DNA of 64,000 bases from Hydrurus foetidus (lineage: Eukaryota), in NCBI GenBank assembly GCA_900617105.1, contig UYFQ01000001.1, positions 4,774,001-4,838,000 of the forward strand, in the 5' to 3' direction. Under the pieces are notes generated by a model that saw only the letters and a list, made by a program, of their open reading frames with translations, searched no databases and was not told where the DNA came from. The translations under genes were made by a program, and so were the position numbers. Within the stretch, counting starts at the first letter, position 1, and the number at the start of each line of letters is the position of its first letter. Shown here piece by piece: positions 44,430 to 54,985 of this stretch.

Positions 44430-45479
44430 GTGATTGACGCCAGCCCGTTGCCCCGCCGCCGTTTTGTTTCAGCAATAGCCCTTGCTGCGGCCAGCGTTGC
44501 TGCGCCCACACTGCGGGCGCAGAGCAAAGCTGAAAAGCCGCGGATCACGCTGGCATTAGACGGCAAGACCACTTTTTACCATTTGCCGCTGACGATCGCC
44601 GAGCAATTGGGCTACTTCAAGGCTGAAGGGGTGGATGTTGAGTTTGTCGACCTTCCCTCAAGCCTTCGCGCTCATCAGGCAGTAGCCAGCGGTGCAGCTG
44701 ATATTTGCGCAGGCGCTTTTGAATGCACGCTGCAATTGCAAGCTAAAGGCCAGTTTTTGCGGTCATTTGTGCTGCACGGTAGGGCGCCGCAGTGCGCTTT
44801 TGGGTTGTCGACCAAAGCGCTGTCCGCACCCAGCACCATCGCCGATTTACGGGGTAAAAAAATTGGCGTTCCAGCCTTGGGTAGCTCCAGCCACCTGCTG
44901 GTCAGCACAGTGCTGTCCAAAGCCGGCATCACGCCGCTGGAGGTCGCCTATGTGGCGGTAGGCGGGGGCGCAGCGGCGCTGAATGCCCTGCGCACTTGGC
45001 AGATTGACGCGGTCAGCCACACCGACCCGGTCATGACCATGCTGGAGCTCAAAGGCGAGGTGAAAACCATCAGCGACGCCCGCACGCTTAAAGGTGCTCA
45101 GGCCGTGTTTGGCGGCACCATGCCTGCGGCCTGCTTGTACGCGCCGATTGAGTTTGTGCAGCAGAACCCCAAAACTTGTCAGGCCTTGACGAACGCAGTG
45201 GTTCACGGTTTGAAGTGGCTGCAAACAGCGGGGCCCAGCGACATCATTAAAGCCGTGCCGGAAAGTTACCTGCTGGGCGACCGCGGCTTGTACCTGGCCG
45301 CCTTCAACAAGCTGCGCGAGTCCATTTGCCCCGACGGCATGATGCCCGAAGATGGGCCCAGAACGGCGCTGCGCGCAATGACTGGCTTCGATGCTTCAAT
45401 CGAGATCAAAAAAATAGACCTGCCAAAAAGCTTCACCAATGACATAGCCAGGCGTGCCAAAGAACGCTTTAAAGCTTGA
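44430..45479 (+). CDS. ABC transporter substrate-binding protein (NMT1/SsuA-like)
   Basis: Tat-like signal, LPLTIAEQLGYFKAEG, DLRGKKIGV. Confidence 0.88.
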   Translation: MIDASPLPRRRFVSAIALAAASVAAPTLRAQSKAEKPRITLALDGKTTFYHLPLTIAEQLGYFKAEGVDVEFVDLPSSLRAHQAVASGAADICAGAFECTLQLQAKGQFLRSFVLHGRAPQCAFGLSTKALSAPSTIADLRGKKIGVPALGSSSHLLVSTVLSKAGITPLEVAYVAVGGGAAALNALRTWQIDAVSHTDPVMTMLELKGEVKTISDARTLKGAQAVFGGTMPAACLYAPIEFVQQNPKTCQALTNAVVHGLKWLQTAGPSDIIKAVPESYLLGDRGLYLAAFNKLRESICPDGMMPEDGPRTALRAMTGFDASIEIKKIDLPKSFTNDIARRAKERFKA

Positions 45480-45523
45480 TCAGTCTGCCAGGTCGACCGT
45501 GCTAGCGCCGCCCGCTGTCAGCT

Positions 45524-47188
45524 TCATCGCTTGCTTGAGCTGGCGGCGACTTTCGTGCCACGCTTAACGCTGCTCTTAGCGTAAGCCACCACCACTCGCT
45601 TGGCCGACGCATTGACCGACTTGCGGCTGCTGGTTTTGGCAGATGCAGTCCGTGTGCCGCTCTTTTTATTGCCCGCGCTGGCTGTGATGGGTAAATACAC
45701 CACCACTTGCTGGCCCTTTTTAAAAGCGCTGCCGGCGCTGGCTTTGTTCCACTGTGCAACGCTGCTGGCGCTTAAGGCGTAGCGCTTGGCCAAACCAGCG
45801 ACGGTTTCACCTTTGCGCGCTTTGACCGTTGTGCGGCGAGTAACGATTTCTGGGGCGAGCGACATCTGGGCGTTATCGGCCACGCTGCTGCTCACATCTG
45901 CCTGTATGCCGCTGGGCCGCGTCACTAGCAGCGTCGAGCCGCCCTTGATCAGCATGCGTGGCGGTATGTTGTTGGCTGCTCGCAAGTCGGCTTCGGTCAT
46001 GCTGACCCGGCGCGCCGCATCAGCCACCGACACCGTTGACGGGGCAGTCCACGCGGTCCAGCTCGCAAACTGGCCTTTGTTGTGCGCGTCAAAGTTGCGC
46101 TGAAAAACAACCGCATTGTCCCAAGGCAGCAACAATTCGGGCGTGCCCGAGGCAATGATGACCGGCCGGTGCGCTGATGGGTTTAGCGCTTTGAAGTCGT
46201 CAATTTTGACGTCGGCCAGCTTGGCGGCCAGCGCCACATCAATGTCGCGGGCCAGCTTGACCCGCTGAAAGTACGGGTGATTGCCAATCACCGGCAACTC
46301 GGCGCGAAAGCCTTGCGGGTTGGCCACAATGTTTTTAACCGCTTGCAGCTTGGGCACGTACAACCGCGTTTCAGCGGGCATATTCAGGTCGAGGTAGCGA
46401 GTGCCCAGGCCGGCTTTTTTATTGCGCTCAATAGCGCGGCCTACGCTGCCTTCGCCCCAGTTGTAAGCGGCCAGCGCCAGGTGCCAGTCACCAAACATGC
46501 CGTAAAGCTTTTGTAAATAATCAAGTGCCGCACGGGTCGATGCCAGCACGTCGCGGCGGTCATCCCGAAAAGCGTTTTGTTTTAAGTCAAAGTATTTGCC
46601 GGTAGCCGGCATGAACTGCCACATGCCTGCCGCTTTGGCACTGGAAACGGCCTGTGGGTTGAACGCGCTTTCGATAAACGGAAGCAGCGCCAGCTCGGTC
46701 GGCATTTTGCGGCGTTCAAGTTCTTCAACAATATGAAACAGGTATTTGCTCGAGCGCCCAGTCATTCGCAAAATGTAGTCGGGCCTACTGGTGTACCACT
46801 GCTCGCGGTCCGCCACCAGCGGGTCTTGCAAGTCAGGCATGGCGTAGCCGCGCCGAATGCGGTCCCATAGCTCTTTGGGCGGCTCGCTGAGGTCGGGCTT
46901 TAGGCCGACAGTTTTAGATGGCTCACCGAGCATGATCGAAGCTGCTGCTGCGTCTGCGGGCGTTGTACTGGTTGTAGCTGAATCAGTGATTGGCGTGGCG
47001 GCTTGAACTGCGGCTGTCGGCGTTTGGCTGGCTGTGCTGGCCGGTTGCAGCGCAGTTGTGCTGCAACCCGCAAGCAAGGCCGCAGTAAAAAGTATGGATG
47101 CTGCAACCAAACGATGGATGAATGGATGGCGAAGATAGGCAGGCGATAAAGGCGATAGAGGCAATACAGGCTTAGATTGAAGGGTCAT
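45524..47188 (-). CDS. mltD: Lytic murein transglycosylase (SLT plus LysM), MltD-like lipoprotein
   Basis: Lipobox LAGC, LPFIESAFNP, AAGMWQFMP, AAYNWGEG; mltD-gloB-methyltransferase-rnhA order; start uncertain. Confidence 0.88.
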   Translation of the reverse strand: MTLQSKPVLPLSPLSPAYLRHPFIHRLVAASILFTAALLAGCSTTALQPASTASQTPTAAVQAATPITDSATTSTTPADAAAASIMLGEPSKTVGLKPDLSEPPKELWDRIRRGYAMPDLQDPLVADREQWYTSRPDYILRMTGRSSKYLFHIVEELERRKMPTELALLPFIESAFNPQAVSSAKAAGMWQFMPATGKYFDLKQNAFRDDRRDVLASTRAALDYLQKLYGMFGDWHLALAAYNWGEGSVGRAIERNKKAGLGTRYLDLNMPAETRLYVPKLQAVKNIVANPQGFRAELPVIGNHPYFQRVKLARDIDVALAAKLADVKIDDFKALNPSAHRPVIIASGTPELLLPWDNAVVFQRNFDAHNKGQFASWTAWTAPSTVSVADAARRVSMTEADLRAANNIPPRMLIKGGSTLLVTRPSGIQADVSSSVADNAQMSLAPEIVTRRTTVKARKGETVAGLAKRYALSASSVAQWNKASAGSAFKKGQQVVVYLPITASAGNKKSGTRTASAKTSSRKSVNASAKRVVVAYAKSSVKRGTKVAASSSKR

Positions 47189-47958
47189 TTGAAGTCGTTT
47201 TTAAGTTGCCGGATGGCGGCAAATACTGACGTGTCGTCATGGGCTGCCGAGTCAAAGCGCTTGGCAGACGAAACCAGAGCACACTGGCGAGTGCGCAAAA
47301 ACGGGTTGATCAACAACTCTTGCGCGAGGGACGTCGGCAAGGTGGGCTGGCTGCGTTCACGCAGGTCGATGCAACGCGCCTGGTAGGCTGCCAAGTCTGC
47401 ATTCGCTGGATCTACCGCCACGGCAAAGCGCAAATTGCTCAGCGTGTACTCGTGCGTGCAGCAAACCACAGTGTTGCCCGGCAACGCGGCAAGTTTGTCG
47501 AGCGAAGCCAGCATTTGAGCAGGGGTGCCCTCAAACAACCTACCGCAGCCGCCAGAAAATAATGTGTCTCCGCAGAAAAGCAGCGGCTTGCCATTCATGT
47601 CGGGTGTGTAAAAAGCAATATGCCCTGCGGTGTGGCCGGGTACATCAATCACGGTGAATTCAAGCTGCAATGCTTTAACTTTATCGCCGCCGGCCAATGG
47701 CAAAAAGGGTTTGGGAATACGCTCAGTAGCCGGACCATAGACCACGGCTCCGCACGCTTCGCGCAAGGCAGCCACCCCGCCTGTGTGGTCGGCATGGTGG
47801 TGCGTGACTAAAATCTGCTTGAGCTGCAAATTGTGTTCGCGCAGTACGTGCAACACCGCATCAGCATCGCCTGGGTCCACCACCAATGCATTGCTACCCT
47901 CGTGCAGTAGCCACAGGTAGTTGTCAGTAAAGGCAGGAATGGCGATTAATTTATACAT
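47185..47958 (-). CDS. gloB: Hydroxyacylglutathione hydrolase
   Basis: THHHADHTGG, PGHTAGH, GDTLFSGGCGR, HEYT, NPFLR. Confidence 0.97.
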   Translation of the reverse strand: MYKLIAIPAFTDNYLWLLHEGSNALVVDPGDADAVLHVLREHNLQLKQILVTHHHADHTGGVAALREACGAVVYGPATERIPKPFLPLAGGDKVKALQLEFTVIDVPGHTAGHIAFYTPDMNGKPLLFCGDTLFSGGCGRLFEGTPAQMLASLDKLAALPGNTVVCCTHEYTLSNLRFAVAVDPANADLAAYQARCIDLRERSQPTLPTSLAQELLINPFLRTRQCALVSSAKRFDSAAHDDTSVFAAIRQLKNDFK

Positions 47959-47981
47959 GCATGGGTATCAATGGAATCAGG

Positions 47982-48821
47982 ATGGACGCTGAAATTATAG
48001 GTTTTACTGATTGGCTGCAAACCCCACCCGGCAGATATTTGCTGGAGTGGGAACAGACGCAGTTTGACCAATCGGTAAGCGATGTCTTTGGCTACCACGC
48101 GTTGCAACTTGGCTTTACCGAGCTTGACGCGCTGCGTGCCAATCGCATGCCGCACCGGTGGCTTGCGGCAGCCGATGTGCTCGCCGACGACTTGCCATTG
48201 ACCCCATTGGCTGACGCAAGTTCCCCGATGCGTGCGGCGCTGGTTACCGATGCGGGTGCGCTGCCGTTCCCGGCTGCCAGTCTTGACTTGGTCGTGCTGC
48301 CGCACACGCTTGAGTTGAGCGACGACGCACACGCCACGCTGCGCGAGGTAGAGCGCGTGTTGGTGCCCGAAGGCCGCCTGGTGATCAGCGGTTTAAACCC
48401 GGCCAGCCTGTGGGGCATGCGGCAAAGGCGGGCGCACTTTTACCAACGCTTTGGCCGGGGTGATTTGTTTTTGCCAGAGGCAGGCGACTTCATTGGTTAT
48501 TGGCGCCTGCGTGACTGGTTGCGCCTGCTGAGCTTTGAAGTCGAATCTGCACGCTTTGGCTGCTACCGACCGGCCCTGGAAACTTCGCAGTGGTTGGCCC
48601 GCTTTGAATGGATGGACAAGGCTGGCAAGCGCTGGTGGCCGATTTTTGGCGCCGTGTATTTTTTAGTGGCCGTCAAGCGCGTGCGCGGCATGCGGCTGCT
48701 TGAACCCGCCTGGAAGCCGCGCAAGGCAGTGGCCAGTGCACCGGCAGTGGTGGCCAACAAAGAACCCAACCTTCATTTATTTAACGTTACACCGAACCCG
48801 CTCTCTGATAAAAACCCATGA
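47982..48821 (+). CDS. Class I SAM-dependent methyltransferase (YafS-like)
   Basis: [27 protein letters not shown]; between gloB and rnhA. Confidence 0.9.
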   Translation: MDAEIIGFTDWLQTPPGRYLLEWEQTQFDQSVSDVFGYHALQLGFTELDALRANRMPHRWLAAADVLADDLPLTPLADASSPMRAALVTDAGALPFPAASLDLVVLPHTLELSDDAHATLREVERVLVPEGRLVISGLNPASLWGMRQRRAHFYQRFGRGDLFLPEAGDFIGYWRLRDWLRLLSFEVESARFGCYRPALETSQWLARFEWMDKAGKRWWPIFGAVYFLVAVKRVRGMRLLEPAWKPRKAVASAPAVVANKEPNLHLFNVTPNPLSDKNP

Positions 48822-49303
48822 ACGATCCGCAACCGATTTCTTCGCAAACTTCCGCCCAGCCCGTCATCATCTACACCGACGGGGCCTGCAAAGGAAACCC
48901 CGGCCCCGGCGGATGGGGCGCACTGCTTAGCCAAGGCGGCACCGAGAAAGAAATTTTTGGCGGCGAGCTGGGCACCACCAACAACCGCATGGAGTTGTCG
49001 GCAGTTATTGAAGCACTGGCAGCCCTCAAGCGGCCGTGCCGCGTCACGCTTTACCTCGACAGCGAGTACGTTCGCAAAGGCATCACTGAATGGATCCACG
49101 GCTGGAAGGCGCGCGGCTGGAAAACAGCCGCCAAAGCGCCGGTCAAAAACGTTGACTTGTGGCAAAAACTGGACGCGCTGGTAGCCACCAGTGGCCACAC
49201 CATCGACTGGCGCTGGGTTAAAGGACACGCCGGTGACCCCGGCAACGAACGCGCTGATGGCTTGGCCAATAAAGGCGTTGAACGAGCACTTGGCCGCATT
49301 TAG
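48818..49303 (+). CDS. rnhA: Ribonuclease HI
   Basis: [39 protein letters not shown]. Confidence 0.98.
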   Translation: MNDPQPISSQTSAQPVIIYTDGACKGNPGPGGWGALLSQGGTEKEIFGGELGTTNNRMELSAVIEALAALKRPCRVTLYLDSEYVRKGITEWIHGWKARGWKTAAKAPVKNVDLWQKLDALVATSGHTIDWRWVKGHAGDPGNERADGLANKGVERALGRI

Positions 49304-49465
49304 CTCGTACTTGGCGGCACGCGTGCGACCCGAGCGCCGCTTAGTTTGTAAACACGTCGTAAAGCTCGCGGCCAGCGTGTGAAAACTGAAGCTTGACTGT
49401 AGGCAAGGCATAGTCGCAACTGCTACATTCGAAGAAGTATCAACTTGTAGCAACTCAGTAGTCTC

Positions 49466-51007
49466 ATGGCATCCAAAGCAATTTATTCGTTAGTCGCTGT
49501 TGTGGGAATTGCGGGTGCGTCAGGCGCTGCATGGTGGTTGCAGCAACCCAAATCAAACGCAGTAGCAGACGGAGCAGTGTCCGCTGCGCCCAAAGGCGCG
49601 GCAAGCGGCACGCCTGGCCCACCGGGCGCGCCAGGCAGCGCCCCTGGCGGTGGCCGACCACCGTCAGTTGAAGTCGCCAAGGTAGATGTCACCAAACTCA
49701 CTGACGAAACCCAGGCAGTGGGTAGCCTGCGGTCCAGGCGGGGCGTAGTGGTGCGGCCAGAGGTAGCCGGGCGCATTACCCAGCTTAACTTTACCGATGG
49801 CCAACGCGTGAAGGCAGGTCAGGTGCTGGTGCAGTTTGACGATCAGCTGCCGCAAGCGCAAGTTCAGCAGGCGCTGGCTGAATTGTCAATTGCGCAAGCC
49901 AATCAAAAACGCAACCAAGACCTGGTAGCGCAGAACTTCATTAGTCAACGTTCGCTCGACGAAAGTGCGGCCAACCTGCAAGTAGCGCAGGCCAAGTTGT
50001 CGTTGGCACGCGCCACGGCTGCGCGGCTGAAAATTGTGTCTCCGTTTGACGGTGTGGCCGGTATTCGGCTGGTGAACGTGGGTGACTATTTAAAAGACGG
50101 CGCAGACATCGTCAATATCGAAGACATGGACGCGATTTTTGTTGACTACCGCTTGCCCGAACGCTTTCAGGCAAAAGTCAAACGCGGGCAAACAGCGCAA
50201 CTTGACTTTGACTCGTTGCCGGGCCGTAAATTTGCTGCACAAATTCAGGCCGTTGACCCGTTGATTGACGCCAACGGGCGCTCGGTGGGCGTGCGCGCCT
50301 GCATTGACAACCGTCAAGCGCAACTCAAACCCGGCATGTTCGCACGTGTAAATACGGTGTTTGGCGTTAAAAACGAAGCCCGTGTTGTGCCGGAAGAAGC
50401 TATTGTTCCGCAGGGCGGCAAGCAGTTTGTTATCAAGCTGATCAAGTCTGCCGATGGCAAGTCGCAGACCACGTTGCGCTCTGAAGTCAAAGTGGGGTTG
50501 CGCACACCGGGCAAGGTGGAAATTCTGGACGGCGTGGACATCGGCGACACGGTGGTGACGGCGGGTCAGCAGCGTTTGCAAAAAGACGGCACGGTTGTTA
50601 ATGTGGTCGATATGAGCAGCGCGAGGCCGGGCGGGCCCGGGGTGGCTGGTGCCCCCGGAACAACGCCGCCCGCTGGTGCCGCATCTTCAGCAGCGGCTGC
50701 TGCACCGGCTCCCGCACCTGGAGCATCGGCGCCAATGTCAACTGCAGTGGTTGCCGCCGCTGCAGCCCCCTCTGCTGGTTCAGCCAAAAATGCAACTGAT
50801 GCGAAGAAGCCAGACGTTGATGTGAAGAAAGGCGATAAGAGAAGCAAAAACGCCAAGCTGGCCGGCCCCAATCCGTGTTTGATGAGCACTGCAGGCGCCG
50901 ATGGTGCGGGCAAGGGTGGCAAAGGCGTTGCGGTTGGTAAAGGCGGTAAAGAGGGTGTTTCAGATGCCCCTGGCGGCGCTGCAAAAGGGCGTCCGCCCGG
51001 CAAATAA
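49466..51007 (+). CDS. RND efflux periplasmic adaptor subunit with long low-complexity tail
   Basis: N-terminal anchor, GQRVKAGQVL, SPFDGVAG, LKPGMFARV. Confidence 0.93.
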   Translation: MASKAIYSLVAVVGIAGASGAAWWLQQPKSNAVADGAVSAAPKGAASGTPGPPGAPGSAPGGGRPPSVEVAKVDVTKLTDETQAVGSLRSRRGVVVRPEVAGRITQLNFTDGQRVKAGQVLVQFDDQLPQAQVQQALAELSIAQANQKRNQDLVAQNFISQRSLDESAANLQVAQAKLSLARATAARLKIVSPFDGVAGIRLVNVGDYLKDGADIVNIEDMDAIFVDYRLPERFQAKVKRGQTAQLDFDSLPGRKFAAQIQAVDPLIDANGRSVGVRACIDNRQAQLKPGMFARVNTVFGVKNEARVVPEEAIVPQGGKQFVIKLIKSADGKSQTTLRSEVKVGLRTPGKVEILDGVDIGDTVVTAGQQRLQKDGTVVNVVDMSSARPGGPGVAGAPGTTPPAGAASSAAAAAPAPAPGASAPMSTAVVAAAAAPSAGSAKNATDAKKPDVDVKKGDKRSKNAKLAGPNPCLMSTAGADGAGKGGKGVAVGKGGKEGVSDAPGGAAKGRPPGK

Positions 51008-51062
51008 AGCGCCGCATTTCGCTCGCAACTCTTTTAACCCATTCCCTTAATAACTGCACTCC

Positions 51063-54000
51063 ATGCAACTTGCTGAACTCTCCATTCGTCGACCGGTGCT
51101 AGCCACTGTGCTGTCGCTGCTGGTTGTGCTGATCGGTGCGGTCAGCTTTGACCGCCTGACGGTACGCGAGTACCCCAAGATTGACGAGCCAGTCGTCACG
51201 GTCAGTGTGCGCTATGCAGGCGCGTCTGCCGAGGTCATTGAATCGCAAGTCACCAAACCGCTTGAAGACTCCATTGCCGGCATCGATGGGGTAGATGTGA
51301 TTACCTCCATCAGCCGCGCAGAACAAGGGCAGATAACGGTGAAGTTTCGGCTTGAAAAAGACGCCGACTCCGCTGCAGCTGAAGTACGAGACCGCACCTC
51401 ACGCGTGCGCAACCGGTTGCCGCAAGCCATTGAAGAGCCGGTTATTTCCAAAGTCGAGGCTGATGCGTTCCCGGTAATTTTCATGGCTTTCAGCAGCGAC
51501 AGCTTGTCGCAACTGCAAATCAACGATTTGATTAACCGCGTGGCCAAGTCGCGCCTGCAAACCGTCACTGGCGTGGCTGATGTGCGTATTTTTGGCGAGC
51601 GCAAATACGCCATGCGCGTGTGGCTAGACACCGACAAGCTGGCGTCTTATCGCCTGACAACCCAAGACGTAGAAGACGCGATACGCCGCAGCAACCTTGA
51701 GCTGCCCGCCGGGCGCATTGAATCGCAGCAGCGCGAGTTCAGCGTAACGTCGCAAACTGACCTGGTTCGGCCTGCGCAATTTGGCGACATTGTGGTCAAA
51801 ACCGTGAACGGTTTTTCAGTCAAGGTGCGCGACGTTGCCCGAGTGCAAGAAGCCGCCGCCGAAGAGCGTACTGCCGTGCGCTTGAATGGTCGCTCGGCTG
51901 TTGCAGTAGGCGTCATTCGCCAGGCCACCGCCAACCCGCTTGACTTGTCTAAAGGTGTGCGTGACGCCATTCCGCAGCTAAAAGCTGACTTGCCGCCCGG
52001 CATGAATATTGACATCGCGAACGACAACTCAGTGTTCATTGATCGCTCGGTTAAAAACGTTTATAAAACCATTGTTGAAGCGGTGATTTTGGTGGCGCTG
52101 GTTATCTTTGTGTTTTTGCGCACGTTTCGCGCGTCGCTGATTCCGATTATTACCATTCCCGTCAGTTTGATTGGTACGTTTGCGCTGATGGCGCTGGCGG
52201 GCTTTTCCATCAACACGCTGACGCTGCTGGCGCTGGTGCTGGCCATTGGCCTGGTGGTGGACGACGCTATTGTGATGCTGGAAAATATTTTCAGGCACAT
52301 TGAAGAAGGCATGGACCCTTTTTCAGCCAGCATTAAGGGGGCGCGCGAAATCGGTTTTGCAGTGATTGCCATGACCGCCACGCTGGTTGCGGTGTACGCG
52401 CCGCTGGCGTTTACGCCTGGCCGCACGGGCCGCCTGTTTGTCGAGTTTGCGCTAGCGCTGGCCGGCGCGGTGGTGGTGTCTGGCCTGGTGGCCCTGACCC
52501 TGACGCCCATGATGTGCGCGCAATTGCTCAAGCACAACCCCAAGCCAAATTGGTTTGACCGCACGATGGAGCGGCTGCTGACCCGCCTGTCTGCCCACTA
52601 CGGCTCGGCGCTGCGCTGGGTGGTGACGGCGCGTGCCCCGCTCAGGGGTGCAAAGCCGGGCGTTTTGCAGCACGTCAAACGTGCGGTGTTTCAAGCGCGC
52701 TGGTTGGTGGTGGGTGTGATGCTGGCCAGTGCCGTGGCGCTGGTATTGGTGTTTCCCACCATGAAGCAAGAGCTGTCGCCGCTAGAGGACCGAGGCGTGA
52801 TTTTGGCGAACATCACTGCGCCCGACGGCGCAACGCTGGACTACACCAATCGTTATGCGCAAGCGGTCGAACGCATAGGCCAGCCGTTCAAAGAATTTGA
52901 CCGGGTGTTTGCCAACGTTGGCAACCCTACTGTGGCGCAGGCCAGCGTGGTGTTTCGCACGGTCGATTGGGAAGAACGCCAACGCACCACCCTTGAAATG
53001 GCGCGCGAGCTGCAACCCAAACTAGGTGGCTTGCCTGGGGCTACCGTCTTCACCATCACGCCGCCGTCGCTGGGGCAGGGCTTTCGTGAGCGGCCCATCA
53101 ATTTCGTGATTCAAACGTCTGAAAGTTACCAAAATTTAAACGCCGTGTCGCGCCAGATGATGGAAGAAATCGCCAAAAACCCCGGCATAGTTTCGCCCGA
53201 CGTTGACCTGCGGCTGAACAAGCCCGAGCTGCGCATTGAAGTCGTGCGCGACAAAGCAGCCGACCTGGGCGTGAGCGTAGAAGTAGTGGCCAAGGCAATT
53301 GAAACCGTACTCGGAGGCCGCAACGTGACGCGCTACAAACGCGATGCTGAACAGTACGACGTGATTGTGCAAACCGAAGCGCGCGGCCGCACCACACCTG
53401 AAGACATTGAACGAATTTATGTGCGTGGCCGAAACGACACCATGATTCCGTTGTCAAGCCTGGTCAAGGTGCGCGAAAGCGTGTCGCCGCGCGAGCTGAA
53501 CCACTTTGGCCAGCGCCGGTCAGTGTCAATTACCGCCAGCCTGGCGCCTGACTATTCGCTGGGCGAAGCGCTCAAGTTCATGGACGCCACCGCAGCCAAG
53601 GTGCTTAAAACCGGTTACAGCACCGACTTGAATGGCACGTCACGCGAGTTTAAAAACTCTAAAGGCGCGTTGGCTATTGTTTTTGTATTGGCGCTGGTGT
53701 TTATCTTTTTGGTGCTAGCCGCACAGTTTGAGAGTTTTATCGATCCGCTGGTCATCATGCTGTCGGTGCCGCTGTCGATGATTGGCGCGCTGCTGGCGCT
53801 GAAGTGGTCGGGCGGCTCGATCAATGTTTATTCGCAAATTGGACTCATCACGCTGGTCGGGCTGATCACCAAGCACGGCATTTTGATTGTGGAGTTCACC
53901 AACCAGCTGCGGGCGCAAGGTATGGGCATGACCGAAGCGCTGATTAAAGCGTCGAGTCAGCGCTTGCGGCCAATTTTGATGACGACCGGCGCTATGGTGG

Positions 54001-54227
54001 TGGGCGCAGTGCCGCTGGCACTGGCAACGGGTGCAGGCGCTGAAAGCCGCACGCAAATTGGATGGGTGATTGTGGGCGGCATGTCGGTGGGTACGCTGCT
54101 GACGATTTTTGTGGTGCCGACGATGTACAGCTTGTTTGCGCGGCGTGCGGTGCCGGGTGCCAATACGCAGGCTGAAAGAGATCAGCCGGCCATTGCAGTG
54201 CCGCATGCGGAATACGTTGCCAAGTAA
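51063..54227 (+). CDS. RND efflux permease subunit
   Basis: SIRRPVLA, GLVVDDAIVMLENI, KHGILIVEF, RLRPILMTT. Confidence 0.97.
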   Translation: MQLAELSIRRPVLATVLSLLVVLIGAVSFDRLTVREYPKIDEPVVTVSVRYAGASAEVIESQVTKPLEDSIAGIDGVDVITSISRAEQGQITVKFRLEKDADSAAAEVRDRTSRVRNRLPQAIEEPVISKVEADAFPVIFMAFSSDSLSQLQINDLINRVAKSRLQTVTGVADVRIFGERKYAMRVWLDTDKLASYRLTTQDVEDAIRRSNLELPAGRIESQQREFSVTSQTDLVRPAQFGDIVVKTVNGFSVKVRDVARVQEAAAEERTAVRLNGRSAVAVGVIRQATANPLDLSKGVRDAIPQLKADLPPGMNIDIANDNSVFIDRSVKNVYKTIVEAVILVALVIFVFLRTFRASLIPIITIPVSLIGTFALMALAGFSINTLTLLALVLAIGLVVDDAIVMLENIFRHIEEGMDPFSASIKGAREIGFAVIAMTATLVAVYAPLAFTPGRTGRLFVEFALALAGAVVVSGLVALTLTPMMCAQLLKHNPKPNWFDRTMERLLTRLSAHYGSALRWVVTARAPLRGAKPGVLQHVKRAVFQARWLVVGVMLASAVALVLVFPTMKQELSPLEDRGVILANITAPDGATLDYTNRYAQAVERIGQPFKEFDRVFANVGNPTVAQASVVFRTVDWEERQRTTLEMARELQPKLGGLPGATVFTITPPSLGQGFRERPINFVIQTSESYQNLNAVSRQMMEEIAKNPGIVSPDVDLRLNKPELRIEVVRDKAADLGVSVEVVAKAIETVLGGRNVTRYKRDAEQYDVIVQTEARGRTTPEDIERIYVRGRNDTMIPLSSLVKVRESVSPRELNHFGQRRSVSITASLAPDYSLGEALKFMDATAAKVLKTGYSTDLNGTSREFKNSKGALAIVFVLALVFIFLVLAAQFESFIDPLVIMLSVPLSMIGALLALKWSGGSINVYSQIGLITLVGLITKHGILIVEFTNQLRAQGMGMTEALIKASSQRLRPILMTTGAMVVGAVPLALATGAGAESRTQIGWVIVGGMSVGTLLTIFVVPTMYSLFARRAVPGANTQAERDQPAIAVPHAEYVAK

Positions 54228-54246
54228 GTTGAGCCAGCCAGCTTAC

Positions 54247-54290
54247 GCTATATATTTAATAGCTGCTAGCGCCCATATTTATTGAGCTGG
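54247..54290 (+). repeat. Family R motif
   Basis: GCTATATATTTAATAGCTGCTAGCGCCCATATTTATTGAGCTGG. Confidence 0.9.
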
Positions 54291-54335
54291 AGCTCTTTTT
54301 TATGCCTAAAAAGGGCTCTAAATGTGCTGATTCGG

Positions 54336-54983
54336 TCAAACAAGGTCAGGCCGCTTAAAAGGCTTTGCCAAGCTTTGCAAATCAGCCAACGTATTCGCAT
54401 TAAAAAAAGCGTTCGGGTCGTCGCCCGGCTGGTCGAAAGCTACTTGTACTACTTTGTGCCGGGCAGTCCAATCGCTGACTTTACGGCCACCCGCAGCGGT
54501 GTAGCGCAGCAGGCTGGGCAGCATGCTGGCACGCATCAGGCAAAACACGCTTTGCTCGCGCAAGCTGCCGTTGGCATCAAGGCTAGCTGCTACTGCAAAG
54601 TCTGCATTGCTCTCGGCCAGCGCCGTGGAAAGCCGGGCGGCGAGGTCAGCAGGAAATAGCGGCGCGTCGCAAGGCACGGTCAGGAAATAGGGCGTGGTGC
54701 AATGCTGCAGCCCGGCAACCATGCCCGCCAGCGGCCCGGCAAACTCGCCCAGCGCATCGCTGTCTGGCCACACCGGCACGCCGAAGTTTGCATAGTCAGC
54801 GTGGTTGCGGTTGGAGTTAATGATCACGTTGCCTACTTGCGGCAGCAGTCGATTGAGCGCGTGTTGCGCCAACGGCAGGTCGTTGAACAATTGCAGGCCC
54901 TTGTCGAAACCGCCCATGCGCAAACCGCGGCCGCCTGCAAGAACGACGGCGGTGATGGACTCTTTACTTGGTGCGGCGAGCAT
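54336..54983 (-). CDS. mobA: Molybdenum cofactor guanylyltransferase
   Basis: LAGGRGLRMGGFDKGL, GPLAG, VPCDAP, FFNANT. Confidence 0.95.
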   Translation of the reverse strand: MLAAPSKESITAVVLAGGRGLRMGGFDKGLQLFNDLPLAQHALNRLLPQVGNVIINSNRNHADYANFGVPVWPDSDALGEFAGPLAGMVAGLQHCTTPYFLTVPCDAPLFPADLAARLSTALAESNADFAVAASLDANGSLREQSVFCLMRASMLPSLLRYTAAGGRKVSDWTARHKVVQVAFDQPGDDPNAFFNANTLADLQSLAKPFKRPDLV

Positions 54984-54985
54984 GC

